Below, one piece after another: positions 18,580 through 28,888 of a stretch of 64,000 bases of DNA (its first letter is position 1; each line of letters starts with the position of its first letter). The notes beneath the pieces were generated by a model. That model saw only the letters and a program-made list of their open reading frames with translations. It was not told where the DNA came from and searched no databases. The stretch is from an uncultured Pseudohongiella sp. (GTDB lineage Bacteria; Pseudomonadota; Gammaproteobacteria; Pseudomonadales; Pseudohongiellaceae): positions 2,486,932 to 2,550,931 of the forward strand of contig OZ244938.1 in the NCBI GenBank assembly GCA_965222175.1, written 5' to 3'. The position numbers were made by a program, and so were the translations under genes.

Positions 18580-19320
18580 TCAGGGCTCAATCACGCCGGG
18601 CAGGCTCAGGTCTCCCGAGGCCACATCGAAAACATTCACCACGCAAAGCAGTGGCGCATGCACGCTCTCATTGACTCGCAATCCAGCCGTCACACCATCG
18701 AAATTGCTTCCCTGCACCGCCCCGATATCATCGAAAGCAACACGGATACTGACCCTGTTTGATGTCATAAGCGGATCCCAGCCAGGGCTGTCGATCAGGA
18801 TTGGCAGGCCAGGCCAGGTTGCCGGCAGGCGCGGCTGACTGCCTTGCGGTATATCAACCACGGCAAGCGCTCCCGGCCCGCAATTTTCATTGGAATGCAG
18901 CACAACCCAGTGGCTGTGCCAGACATCACCGTCGTTGTCCGGATTATTGTCGCCGTTTTCATCGAACAGCGGTGTATCATCAAAATCCGCATGGGCTGTG
19001 ACTGCCAGAGCAAGAATGCCGGCATCGGCCTCAAAGCCTACCTCGGAACTGTTTATGCTGGTGGGCCAGACATAGCTGAATACTTCACTGCCTGCCAGCT
19101 TGCCCGTCGCAGTCGGCCTGCTTTTGCCTGCGGTCGCGGCAACTTCCATATCAAATATTGCCATTTTGCCTTCTGTTCGTATGGCAGCCCTGACGATATC
19201 GAATTCCGCCAGGCTGCCGGCACCAGTCGGAGAATGAATCGCATCTGCGCTCAACGATGTAGAATACAGGGCTACTGCCAGGGTAGATCCGAGAAGGAAT
19301 GTGCCTGTAATGGATTTCAT
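18580..19320 (-). CDS. Secreted hypothetical protein (signal peptide MKSITGTFLLGSTLAVALYSTSLSA)
   Basis: ORF with an internal Met start followed by a signal peptide. Asp/Asn-rich with possible Ca-binding character (DENGDNNPDNDGD). Confidence 0.55.
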   Translation of the reverse strand: MKSITGTFLLGSTLAVALYSTSLSADAIHSPTGAGSLAEFDIVRAAIRTEGKMAIFDMEVAATAGKSRPTATGKLAGSEVFSYVWPTSINSSEVGFEADAGILALAVTAHADFDDTPLFDENGDNNPDNDGDVWHSHWVVLHSNENCGPGALAVVDIPQGSQPRLPATWPGLPILIDSPGWDPLMTSNRVSIRVAFDDIGAVQGSNFDGVTAGLRVNESVHAPLLCVVNVFDVASGDLSLPGVIEP

Positions 19321-19481
19321 GAAAATATCCTCTTCAGCTGTCAAAAAAAGCAGAATAGGCCACGACAAATCGTCGAGCCTGACATAGACTCTAGGCGGGT
19401 TGGATAATCAAAAAAAGCACGTACAAATCGGTGCCCCAGGCACTTTTTGGTGTAATTTACTGAAATAGCAGCACTAAAAAA

Positions 19482-19796
19482 ATGTCCAGCAAACAATCAG
19501 TCTACCGGAAACTCGAAGAGGTCATCGGCTGTAAATGGTCAGTCTCGGTCCTGACCGCCGTGGGCGAAGGTGTCGACAGGCCCGGCGCACTGGAACGGCA
19601 TATCGTCGGGATATCGACCAAGGTTCTTTCGGAACGTCTGCGCAAATTGACCCACTATGGATTGCTGAACAAGCAGGTATTTGCCGAGGTGCCACCCCGC
19701 ACAAAATATACCCTGACCGATGCCGGCGAGAAAGTGCTGGAGATTATCAGCAATATTCGTGCACTGGACGAGGAGCTGAGCGAAGAGCGCCAGTAG
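19482..19796 (+). CDS. HxlR-family winged-helix transcriptional regulator
   Basis: 104 aa: CKWSVSVLTAVGEGVDRPGALERHIVGISTKVLSERLRKLTHYGLL. Confidence 0.8.
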   Translation: MSSKQSVYRKLEEVIGCKWSVSVLTAVGEGVDRPGALERHIVGISTKVLSERLRKLTHYGLLNKQVFAEVPPRTKYTLTDAGEKVLEIISNIRALDEELSEERQ

Positions 19797-19951
19797 CGTC
19801 CAATTCCCCCGCTTAAAAAATCCAGCCGCGGGAGTGTCCGGCAGGCTCCTCGCCCTTCGGCCTGCAGACGACGACCACAGCAGGACGGACTGGGTCCATG
19901 TCTGCATTCTATGCGGGACTGCACGGTAACCGGACAAATAAACACCTCCGC

Positions 19952-20839
19952 CTACTGATTGCGTAGTCGCTCAAACTCCGCCTGCAGTTCCGGTGACAGC
20001 GGGTAAATGTCCCTGAATCGGAATTCGCGATCCTGGAGAAGCTGTAACTGAAAAGCCTCCCGATCTTCGACAAGATCGGCATAGTCCAGCACGCGCTCCA
20101 CCAGCCCGGGAGGAAAGAAAAACACGCCCCCGTCATCGCCGACCACGACATCCCCGGGCAGCACGGTGACACTGCCGATTCGCACCGGGGCGTTGTACTC
20201 CACGCCGAGCCAGGACGTGGTGTGAGGGTCTGAAAACTTGTGCAGCACCGGGAAATCGGCAAACCGTGGATCCCGTAACCCCAGCGGATCCCGCATGCCG
20301 CCGTCTATAACTATTCCCGCCGCGCCCCGCACCTGGATCCCGGTGGCTCCCATGTCCCCGAAGAAGTTGTGCCCGTCACTGCCACCCAATTCGGCAACGA
20401 TGACATCGTTGGGCTGTGCCTCTTCAGCCGCACGCGCATAGTATCGCCTGTCCCAATTGCCCTCTTCAGCCAATTGATCAGCCGCCCGGGACAGGTCCGG
20501 CCGGGGTGGCAGGAAGCGCATGGTCAGGGCTCGACCCACGACGCGCTTACCCGGCTGGGTGCTCTGAAAACCGGTGGCGTAATTGAGCCGGTAATCCCCC
20601 AGGGCACTGAAAATCACCTCCAGAGGAACCTCCCTGAGGCGCTCCAGTTGCGCATCCGAGACCACCTGGCGTTGGGGATTCAACACCTCCATGACGGCCG
20701 AATAGGAGGTACGGTTCGTCCGCATGCCAGGCGGAGCGGGCACGTCGGGTGCGAATTCCTGGTCATAGGCACCCTGCCCGTAGGCTGGCAGCGTCGAAAT
20801 AACGGAAAACACCAGGAAAGTGGCAGGCATCAGGCGCAT
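19952..20839 (-). CDS. RraA-family (RraA/4-hydroxy-4-methyl-2-oxoglutarate aldolase-like) protein with N-terminal signal peptide
   Basis: Core GDMGATGIQVRGAAGIVIDGGMRD and VLPGDVVVGDDGGV. Predicted signal peptide MRLMPATFLVFSVISTLPAYG. Confidence 0.65.
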   Translation of the reverse strand: MRLMPATFLVFSVISTLPAYGQGAYDQEFAPDVPAPPGMRTNRTSYSAVMEVLNPQRQVVSDAQLERLREVPLEVIFSALGDYRLNYATGFQSTQPGKRVVGRALTMRFLPPRPDLSRAADQLAEEGNWDRRYYARAAEEAQPNDVIVAELGGSDGHNFFGDMGATGIQVRGAAGIVIDGGMRDPLGLRDPRFADFPVLHKFSDPHTTSWLGVEYNAPVRIGSVTVLPGDVVVGDDGGVFFFPPGLVERVLDYADLVEDREAFQLQLLQDREFRFRDIYPLSPELQAEFERLRNQ

Positions 20840-21186
20840 GGGTAGCTTCCTCCAGTTATCGATTGGTAATTCCTGCCTGTAGTCTACTCAGGAACTGACA
20901 TACAGCGATATACCTTTTTCCCCGGTGCCGGAACCTGTCAGTGGCTAAGGACAGAAAACCTGCAATTCATTTTCCGGGATAGCGTGCCTTTTGACACCGG
21001 ATGGCAAGATACCGATTACGGATATGGTGGCTGAATATCACCCCGTGGATCACGATGCAGCGGCGGACACTGGGATTCTTCCATTACTACCCTGTATATT
21101 CTGTCGTGAAGAGCGGCTCAATATCAAAGCGTGCTGCTGACGGCAGGGGTCGCGATCTCTGGGGAATAATAAAGGGGACTTGCTCC

Positions 21187-22467
21187 ATGAAACCACTTTC
21201 TCGGTACAACTTCCGACTCAGTCGAAGAAGGCTCCTGCAGAATACCGGCAGGTATGCGGCACTGGCTGCTACCGCGGGTGCAATACCGGTTCCAGGACTG
21301 GAAACACTTGCCCAGACCCCCAATCTGCGTATCGACCAGGTCAGCGCCTACCCGGTATACATTAATCAGCGGTCCGATGGTCTGCTGGATACCCCTGTTT
21401 TCTCCAGTGATTCTGATCCTCGACGCTGGCGTTATGGTGGTCCTTTTGAGCAGCTGCCATCGGCGATCGTGGCCATCGTGAAGACCAACCAGGGCATCAC
21501 CGGTTTCGGCATGGGTGCCGGCGGCAGTGCAGCGGTAGAGATTATCGACGGGCACTTACAACATCTGTTGCTGGGTGCCAATCCTCTGAACGTGGAGCAG
21601 TTGTGGGACCAGATGTACACCTCCGGCGTTTTTTACGGTCGCCGCGGCCTGTTCGTGATGGCCCTGAGTGCGCTGGATAATGCGCTGTGGGACATCGCCG
21701 GCAAATACGCAGGAAGTCCGGTCCACCAGTTGCTGGGTGGCGCCAACCGCGATCGACTGCCGATCTACCAGACCAATGGGGATTTCGCTGCCGGTTACGC
21801 AGCGGGCATACGCAATTTTAAACGCACGACTGCCGGTGGACCGAGAATGCGCCAGCAGGACCTGGACCGGTACGTAGACTCGGTGCTTGAAGCCCGGGAC
21901 CTGCTCGGACCGGACGTCAGGCTGATGACCGATTGCGTGTCCCGCGATGGCACCGTGGAATGGGCTCTGGGACTGGCTGAGCGATTGCGTCCGGCAAACC
22001 TGTATTTCATGGAGGAATTACTGTCACCCGACAATGTTTTTGGCTACGCCGAACTGACACGCCGGATAGGTAACCGTGGACAAGGCTGGACTCGAATAGC
22101 CTGTGGCGAACACGAGTATTCCGAGCATGGCTTCAACGTACTGGTGCAGCTGGGCTCGGCGGACATCCTGCAACCGGACATCACCTGGTGTGGCGGCACC
22201 ACGGCTGGACGCCGGATTGCCAGGGTGGTTGAGAACGCCGGGTTGGAACTTATCCCCCATCGCGGTGGCAGCTCCTGGGGTTTCCCCATCGCCCTTACTT
22301 CATCAAGCTGCACAATGGCTGAAAGCTTTCCGCAAGGCTCGGCGATTCTCGACGCCATGTCCTGCCAGGTTGTGAACGGCTACGTGATTGCGCCAACCGA
22401 GCCTGGTTTTGGAACGTCTCTATCAGAACAAATGGTGCTGGACTACCGACTGACGGAAAACATCTGA
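21187..22467 (+). CDS. Enolase-superfamily (mandelate racemase/muconate lactonizing enzyme-like) protein with Tat signal
   Basis: N-terminus MKPLSRYNFRLSRRRLLQNTGRYAALAATAGA (twin-arginine). The MR/MLE fold follows. Confidence 0.65.
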   Translation: MKPLSRYNFRLSRRRLLQNTGRYAALAATAGAIPVPGLETLAQTPNLRIDQVSAYPVYINQRSDGLLDTPVFSSDSDPRRWRYGGPFEQLPSAIVAIVKTNQGITGFGMGAGGSAAVEIIDGHLQHLLLGANPLNVEQLWDQMYTSGVFYGRRGLFVMALSALDNALWDIAGKYAGSPVHQLLGGANRDRLPIYQTNGDFAAGYAAGIRNFKRTTAGGPRMRQQDLDRYVDSVLEARDLLGPDVRLMTDCVSRDGTVEWALGLAERLRPANLYFMEELLSPDNVFGYAELTRRIGNRGQGWTRIACGEHEYSEHGFNVLVQLGSADILQPDITWCGGTTAGRRIARVVENAGLELIPHRGGSSWGFPIALTSSSCTMAESFPQGSAILDAMSCQVVNGYVIAPTEPGFGTSLSEQMVLDYRLTENI

Positions 22468-22490
22468 AGGCGACGATGCAGATCGCTGGT

Positions 22491-22690
22491 GATTCAAGGA
22501 CTGTCTGAATAAGTATGGAAGTGCTCTGCGGGAATCTGCGGGGCATTACTGCAGGGCGTCGAGCGCCGGGAATGGCCATCGCCCTTGCCAGGCGCGGCAA
22601 CACCGCGGTAGTGCGCGACAGACTCCGATCGCCCCGGATGCACTGCGAAGGAGCGACCGGAACGACCAGTGTCTGATAGGGTAAGAGCGC
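22491..22690 (-). repeat. MITE-like repeat, degenerate copy (inverted relative to 36943..37232)
   Basis: Reverse-complement alignment with the 36.9 kb copy across tatggaagtgctctgcggga..ctgcagggcgtcgagcgccgggaatggccatcgcccttgccaggcgcggcaacaccgcgg..gcgcgacag. Confidence 0.75.
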
Positions 22691-22711
22691 GTTAAGCCCG
22701 GTTATTTCCGC

Positions 22712-24973
22712 TCACACCACCCCGCTTTCTGCGCCACCGATATTGAAATTGTAGCGTTTCAGCGGCAACTGGCGAACCCGGATTCCGGTGGCATCATAGA
22801 CCGCGTTGGCCAGGGCCGGAGCAATTCCGGGTGTCCCCGGTTCACCGGCACCACCGATAGCCTCGCCGCTGTTGATGACATGCGTCTCGATGACCGGCGC
22901 CTCGTCCATCCGCACCGCCTGGTAGTCGTGAAAGTTGCTCTGTACAACCGCGCCGTTTTCAATGGTGATTTCACCGTGCAACGCCGCTGTGAGACCGTAG
23001 ATAATACCGGATTCCAGTTGAGCGGCAATGCCGTCCGGAGAAATGGCGATACCGGCATCGATGGCGGCCACCACCCGGTCGACAGACACCTGGCCGTCGG
23101 CCACGGTGACTTCCACAACCTGGGCCACCAGCGAGCCGAAGGATTCCTGCAGGGAAATACCACGCCCCCGCCCTTCCCCAAGTGGTTGACCCCATTGCGC
23201 TTCCTCCGCTGCTCTGGTCAGCACCGCCAGGTGACGTGGGTGCTCCCGGAGCAGCTCGGCACGAAACTCGAAAGGGTCTTTACCCGCCGCGTGGGCAACC
23301 TCATCGATAAAGGATTCGGTAAAGAAGCCATGCTGGGAGTGATCGACGCTGCGCCAGGCACCGAAAGGTATATGGGTAGGACTGTTCACGTAGCCGATAT
23401 CCTGGGCCTCAACGGCGTAGGGAATGAGTGGAGCCTCGATGGGTTCATTCTTGTTGGTATAGGTATTTTCCCAGGCCAGGAGCCTGCCGGCATTATCCAA
23501 CGCGGCGCGAAAACGACTCTGGACCGCCGGCCGGTAAAAATCCTGGCGCACGTCTTCTTCCCTTGACCAGATAAGCTGCACCGGGCGACCCACGGACTGC
23601 GCCACGCGCGCTGCCTGAATGGCGTAGTCCGGAACAGCCTTGCGGCCAAAGCCACCGCCCATGGAATGGTTATGGAGCGTGACATTCGCCTCGTCCAGTT
23701 CAAGCGCCGCGGCCACCTGTCGGAGGAACCCCAGCGGATTCTGGCAACCTACCCAGATCTCAGCCTCACCGCCGCTCACCCGGGCCGTGGCATTCATCGG
23801 TTCCATGCAGGCGTGAGCCAGGTACGGTACGTGATAGTCGGCTTCCAGTACCCGGGCGGCACCGGCAAACTGCGACTCCAGGTCGCCCTGTACAATATCG
23901 TTTTCCCGGTCCCTGGCGGCGCTTATATCACGATCAAACTGGGCAAAAATGGCGTCACTGGATACCGTTTCGGTGGCGACATCACTCCAGCTGACCTGCA
24001 GGGCATCGAGGCCTTTTTTGGCCGACCAGTAACTGTCCGCTACCACGGCAATGGACTCCCCGGTCCGGTAGGCACCGACCATGGAGCTGGACGAACTGGA
24101 TGGCAGCCTGACTACATCCACGACACCATCGACCTGCCGTGCTGCACTGTCGTCGACGTCGGTTACGTTGCCACCGAATACCGGGGAACGCACCACCGTT
24201 GCATAGAGCATGTCGGGAAGCTGCACATCCAGCGCAAATTTCAGGGAGCCGTCAACTTTGGCCGGAATGTCACGGCGCGGCACATGCTGGCCGATTATCC
24301 TGAAGTCAGCAGGATCCTTCAGCGTCGGCGTATAGGAAGGCGTCATGCCGGCCACCGCGGTGGCAAACGCCGCATAAGGCGCCCTGTTCGCCGTTGCCTG
24401 ATGAACCAGGTGACTGTCTTCGGTCATGACCTCGGCAAACGGCACACCCCATTCGTCAGCGGCCGCCTGCCGCAACATCTGCCGGGTTGCCGCACCGGCA
24501 ACCCGCATGACATAGACACCGGTGGTGCGCACACTCATGCTGCCGCCGGTAATCTGCATATCCAGCGCGTCGGCGACCCGCATCATCAGTCCATCGACGG
24601 ACGGTACCATGATGTCCGGAAAATCCATCCCGGCAAACAGGTAGCCCCGCCCCAGTCCGTACTGGGCATACTCACCGATGGCCGGCGCCTCTTCAACGAC
24701 CAGATTGTCCCAGTCGGCATCGAGTTCTTCCGCCAGCATCTGGCCCAGTGCGGTATGCACCCCCTGGCCCATCTCCGCATGGGGGATGATGGCTGTTACC
24801 GTGTTGTCGCTGTCTATTTTTACGTAGGCATGAACCAGCTGGCCGCCCTCGCTGCCTACCAGGCCGCTGAGCTTCTCCGCCCGGTTCCCCGGTCGCATCG
24901 CCACACCGACCACCAGGCCTCCACCTGCTACCAGTCCGCTGGTGATAAAGGCACGTCTTGTCCACTTATGCAT
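22712..24973 (-). CDS. Aldehyde oxidase/XDH-family molybdopterin oxidoreductase large subunit (IorB-like), Tat signal
   Basis: 753 aa. N-terminus [25 protein letters not shown] (twin-arginine). Moco-binding domains follow. Confidence 0.8.
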   Translation of the reverse strand: MHKWTRRAFITSGLVAGGGLVVGVAMRPGNRAEKLSGLVGSEGGQLVHAYVKIDSDNTVTAIIPHAEMGQGVHTALGQMLAEELDADWDNLVVEEAPAIGEYAQYGLGRGYLFAGMDFPDIMVPSVDGLMMRVADALDMQITGGSMSVRTTGVYVMRVAGAATRQMLRQAAADEWGVPFAEVMTEDSHLVHQATANRAPYAAFATAVAGMTPSYTPTLKDPADFRIIGQHVPRRDIPAKVDGSLKFALDVQLPDMLYATVVRSPVFGGNVTDVDDSAARQVDGVVDVVRLPSSSSSSMVGAYRTGESIAVVADSYWSAKKGLDALQVSWSDVATETVSSDAIFAQFDRDISAARDRENDIVQGDLESQFAGAARVLEADYHVPYLAHACMEPMNATARVSGGEAEIWVGCQNPLGFLRQVAAALELDEANVTLHNHSMGGGFGRKAVPDYAIQAARVAQSVGRPVQLIWSREEDVRQDFYRPAVQSRFRAALDNAGRLLAWENTYTNKNEPIEAPLIPYAVEAQDIGYVNSPTHIPFGAWRSVDHSQHGFFTESFIDEVAHAAGKDPFEFRAELLREHPRHLAVLTRAAEEAQWGQPLGEGRGRGISLQESFGSLVAQVVEVTVADGQVSVDRVVAAIDAGIAISPDGIAAQLESGIIYGLTAALHGEITIENGAVVQSNFHDYQAVRMDEAPVIETHVINSGEAIGGAGEPGTPGIAPALANAVYDATGIRVRQLPLKRYNFNIGGAESGVV

Positions 24974-25478
24974 GATCCACCTCCCTCATCGCGTTGGTGT
25001 ACAGTGGCTGGTCATGACTGGCGACCTGGCTGGTTGACCTGATCGCCTGGCGGATACGTCCGTACATGCCACAGCGGCAGACATTGCCGCGCATTGCCTG
25101 GTCTATTTCCGCATCGCTGGGGTTCGGATTGCTGGACAACAGCGCCGCCGCAGACATCAGCTGGCCTGACTGGCAGTAGCCGCATTGCGGTACCTGGTGA
25201 TCGATCCAGGCCTGTTGCAGCGGATGAAGCTGGTCAGGCGCCGACCCCAGCCCTTCAATAGTGGTCACCTGTCTACCGGCAACGCTGTCAATGGACCTGA
25301 CGCAGGACCGTACCGCCTGTCCATCAACATGGACGGTGCAGGCACCACACTGGGCGATACCACAGCCAAACTTGGTCCCGGTGAGCGCCAGTTGCTCCCG
25401 CAATACCCAAAGCAAAGGTTTAGACGGGTCGACGTCCACCGTTTGCTGGACGCCGTTTACCCAGAAAGTAGTACTCAT
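24966..25478 (-). CDS. (2Fe-2S)-binding small subunit (IorA-like)
   Basis: Contains [16 protein letters not shown] and QCGYCQSG motifs. Overlaps the downstream large-subunit gene. Confidence 0.8.
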   Translation of the reverse strand: MSTTFWVNGVQQTVDVDPSKPLLWVLREQLALTGTKFGCGIAQCGACTVHVDGQAVRSCVRSIDSVAGRQVTTIEGLGSAPDQLHPLQQAWIDHQVPQCGYCQSGQLMSAAALLSSNPNPSDAEIDQAMRGNVCRCGMYGRIRQAIRSTSQVASHDQPLYTNAMREVDHA

Positions 25479-25780
25479 CCTGTTCTCCATGTTCAAATTG
25501 GAACGATTCTTTAATCAGCTCATGCACCCGGTATTGCAGTGTACTGAGACGCGCCGACGGCTGATACGGATACTGACGGTGCGGAGCAACTGTCCGGAAC
25601 GACCGTTGGTATCGGCCGTTGGTATCGGCCGTTGGTATCGACTGCCGACGATCCTCGCTACCGGTCGACATGACATAATATGCATAATATGTCAGAATGT
25701 CTATCTTTAAGCGGAAATGGCAGTGTCCCGGTTCCCCAGGGACTTTTCACCAGGACATATCTCAAGGATAGTACCCACGC

Positions 25781-26392
25781 ATGACAAACTTGAACCAGGA
25801 TTCCACCCGTGACTGGGCCAAACGCGTTGTCGTCTTTGAGGCGGCCGCGACGGTTTTTGCTCAGTACGGATTCCGGCGCACAACAATGAACGACATCGCC
25901 CAGGCGGCCGGCATTTCCCGACCGGCCCTGTACGTGTTGTTCGACAACAAGGAGCATCTTTTTCACGAGCTGGCTTCCTACCGGCTGGACCAGGCTATCG
26001 ATCGGGCGACTGCCGTACTGTCGGGCAAGGGGGAAGTGCAGGAACGCTTTATAGAAGCCTTGCTGGACTACGAAAAGATGTACTACGAACCGGTGATGAA
26101 TTCGCCCCATGGAGAAGACCTGATGGACATCAATCAGAGTCTGGCAACCGACATCATGAAAGAGGGATACACCAGGCTGGTCAACACCCTGGCCAGGGAA
26201 CTCACCGAGGCAGAAGCGGCTGGCGAAGTGGACTTTAGCAACTCACCGCTGAAACCGGAGCCCTTCGTTGAACTGTTACTGGCCTCCATCGTGGGCATCA
26301 AGAAGAAAGTCAGCACTACGGCGGAATTCAGGAAAAAGATCCGGCAGGTCTCGCTGATTTTCCTGCAGGCCATCACCGCGCCACAACGCTGA
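25781..26392 (+). CDS. TetR/AcrR family transcriptional regulator
   Basis: The HTH region FAQYGFRRTTMNDIAQAAGISRPALYVLF. Confidence 0.8.
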   Translation: MTNLNQDSTRDWAKRVVVFEAAATVFAQYGFRRTTMNDIAQAAGISRPALYVLFDNKEHLFHELASYRLDQAIDRATAVLSGKGEVQERFIEALLDYEKMYYEPVMNSPHGEDLMDINQSLATDIMKEGYTRLVNTLARELTEAEAAGEVDFSNSPLKPEPFVELLLASIVGIKKKVSTTAEFRKKIRQVSLIFLQAITAPQR

Positions 26393-26504
26393 ATCCCCAC
26401 GACGCACCATTGCCGCGACGGCGCCTGGTCATAAATCGACCTGTTGTCTATTACCTGTCGCCTGTAACCTGTAGTCTTCGTTGGGTCAGGCCAGAATATG
26501 ACAG

Positions 26505-27707
26505 CTAGTCAGTCGCCAGCCGACCAGCAGTCCGGCCGGCAATAAGGAGAGTTGTCAGCAACACTAACAGACCCGGCAGGACAAATCCCATCACGCCGGT
26601 CCAGCCAGTAGTCGCCAACAGCACCCCGGCACTGAGTGAACCGACGGCCTGCAGGCCAAAAACAATGAAGTCGTTAACGGCCTGGACTCTGAACCGCTCT
26701 GAAGGGCGATAACTCTGAGCCAGTAACGTGGTGCCGCCCAGGAACAGGAAATTCCATCCGATCCCGAGGAACACCAGCGCCCCCCAGTAATGGATAAACC
26801 CCGGCTCCCCCCAGCCGATCAGGACACAGATCAGCATCAGCACCAGCCCTGCCTTGATAATTCTGATGACACCAAACCAGGAGATCAACAGGCCGCTGAA
26901 AAATGACGGAACGTACATGGCAAGAATATGACTCTGAATGACACGGGTGGTGCTGGCCAGAGAGAAATTGTCAAACTCATGCATGCTCAACGGTGTCGCC
27001 GTCATGACCAGGGCCATGATGCTATAACCCATGGCAGCAGCGGCTATGGCAAGAATTATCGCGGGATTATTCAGAATCTGCAGCAGCGGCCTCGTTGCGC
27101 TCCCGTGGCCCACCGATTCAACGCTGGCATTCCTGTAAAACAGCAGCAGGATTACGAAGGAAATGGAAAGCATCACCGCCAGCCCCAGAAAAGACCCGAC
27201 ATACAGCGGTAATCCCTGAACATTGCTGAATCGTCTTCCCACTTCCGGGCCGAGCAATGCGGCCACGATTCCTGCCAGCATCAATATTGACAGGCATCGC
27301 GGTACCAGTTCACCGGGAACCGACTCCGCCACGGCAAAACGAAACTGCTGCAGGAATGCGATATAGTTGCCCACCAGGAAACAGGCGCCGATAAACAGGG
27401 CAAAGGACTCGATATAAACAGCCCAGGCGGCCAGCAGCGCGGCAACAACGCCCAGTGCCGTTGAAGCCAGGAAGCCGGACCGTCGCCCTATCCTTGACAT
27501 CAACAGGGATGCTGGAATGGCGGCACAGGCAATCCCGATAATCTGTATGGCAAGAGGCAGGGTTGCCAGGTCCGGCGACGGTGCGATCTGCGTGCCGACG
27601 ATACCGCCCAGCAATACCAGCACGGGGGCCGCGGTCATGCCAAAGCATTGCGCAAAGGTCAGGACGATAAGCGTTCGGAAATTTCCCAGGATGGACACAC
27701 TCCCCAT
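26505..27707 (-). CDS. MFS transporter
   Basis: 400 aa with about 12 TM segments and an MFS motif-A-like loop (SRIGRRSGF). Confidence 0.8.
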   Translation of the reverse strand: MGSVSILGNFRTLIVLTFAQCFGMTAAPVLVLLGGIVGTQIAPSPDLATLPLAIQIIGIACAAIPASLLMSRIGRRSGFLASTALGVVAALLAAWAVYIESFALFIGACFLVGNYIAFLQQFRFAVAESVPGELVPRCLSILMLAGIVAALLGPEVGRRFSNVQGLPLYVGSFLGLAVMLSISFVILLLFYRNASVESVGHGSATRPLLQILNNPAIILAIAAAAMGYSIMALVMTATPLSMHEFDNFSLASTTRVIQSHILAMYVPSFFSGLLISWFGVIRIIKAGLVLMLICVLIGWGEPGFIHYWGALVFLGIGWNFLFLGGTTLLAQSYRPSERFRVQAVNDFIVFGLQAVGSLSAGVLLATTGWTGVMGFVLPGLLVLLTTLLIAGRTAGRLATD

Positions 27708-27770
27708 TCAAGTTTTCAACCTGCAGGTATTAAAACCATGGTCTCTGTTGTCCTGCAATCCCCTCCCCCG

Positions 27771-28346
27771 CTACTCGATAAAGGGATTCACGTAGCCCGC
27801 AGGTAGAACTTTTTCCGGGTCCGGGCGAATACTCACCATTTCGACGCGCTCTTCCGCTTCGTGCCAGCCGTGGAAAACACCTGCCGGTATCACGATTATG
27901 TCCCCTTCCGAGACCAGGCGGACCTGGCCATCGCCCCTGGCAACAGCAGCGCTGTAACTTTCCCCAACCAGTTCGGTAACAATATCGCTGTCGGCCGGAA
28001 TATCGTTGCGGCCGAGTATTGTCCCGCCGGTGACCAATACACCGGAGCCCCGGGTAATGTAATAGACTTCAGACACGCGGGTATGAACGATGCCGCGAAC
28101 CGGTGCGTCAGTCGCCACTATAGGGTCCCGGAACAATACGCCGACAGCAACGTGGGAATTTCCTATGTCCACTACCTTGACCTGCCGATCCACTCGTCCC
28201 TCCGGCGCATGAATGACGGCCTGCCATTGCTGATAAGGCACGTCGGTGGCCAGCCTGATGGAATCCTCCTGGGATACGGCGCCGAATATCACCAGCGAAC
28301 TGGCAATGAAGGCTATGAACTTTACCGGTTTTCCTGTCATGACCAT
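27771..28346 (-). CDS. Secreted cupin-domain protein
   Basis: Signal peptide plus a cupin beta-barrel (GDIIVIPAGVFHGWHE). Confidence 0.6.
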   Translation of the reverse strand: MVMTGKPVKFIAFIASSLVIFGAVSQEDSIRLATDVPYQQWQAVIHAPEGRVDRQVKVVDIGNSHVAVGVLFRDPIVATDAPVRGIVHTRVSEVYYITRGSGVLVTGGTILGRNDIPADSDIVTELVGESYSAAVARGDGQVRLVSEGDIIVIPAGVFHGWHEAEERVEMVSIRPDPEKVLPAGYVNPFIE

Positions 28347-28366
28347 TATGGGTACCTCAGATTGCG

Positions 28367-28876
28367 TTATTGAAAAGCGACGAAAGCGTCATTGAAAACC
28401 TGCGTGGCAAACAGAACTGTACCGATACCCTGCTTGCTCAACATCAGGTAGATAAGTAACAGCACTCCTGCAAAAGCCGGCACTCCCAGTGCCATCCATA
28501 GTTTCATTAACCCGGCACAGTGCTCCACTGTACCACCGCCACTCAGGATTTTAGCTATCCGAATCTGAATAAATACCACTGGCAACCAGCAAAGTCCGAT
28601 AACCGTGAAAATACCTATGACGCTTATAAACCAGACAGAGTTGAAAGAGATCCCCATAGACGCGGTTAACAGGAAACCAGTTACTACCTGGGTGACCATG
28701 GCAGGCGCTGTGAAAAGCCAATCGGCCAGGACAACGGTACGAGCCGTGACTTTCAAGGCTTCCACATTACCGCTGAGATACGCCCTCAACATGAAGAAGG
28801 CGATTCCTGACCCGGTTCCCAGAATTAAAGTTGCCCCGACAATGTGAATCAGTTTAAGCCAAAGGTAGGTGTTCAT
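28367..28876 (-). CDS. DUF2269-family integral membrane protein
   Basis: 169 aa with 4 TM segments: LKLIHIVGATLILGTGSGIAFF... Confidence 0.6.
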   Translation of the reverse strand: MNTYLWLKLIHIVGATLILGTGSGIAFFMLRAYLSGNVEALKVTARTVVLADWLFTAPAMVTQVVTGFLLTASMGISFNSVWFISVIGIFTVIGLCWLPVVFIQIRIAKILSGGGTVEHCAGLMKLWMALGVPAFAGVLLLIYLMLSKQGIGTVLFATQVFNDAFVAFQ

Positions 28877-28888
28877 AAGCGCAATCCA

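Noticed and set aside
22295-22603. 102 aa ORF (and similar ORFs 37009..37623, 30117..30446) lying within the MITE-like repeats
   Set aside because: They share peptide stretches only because the repeat DNA is shared. They are GC-rich and Arg/Ala/Pro-biased with no start context, so they are treated as non-coding repeat sequence.
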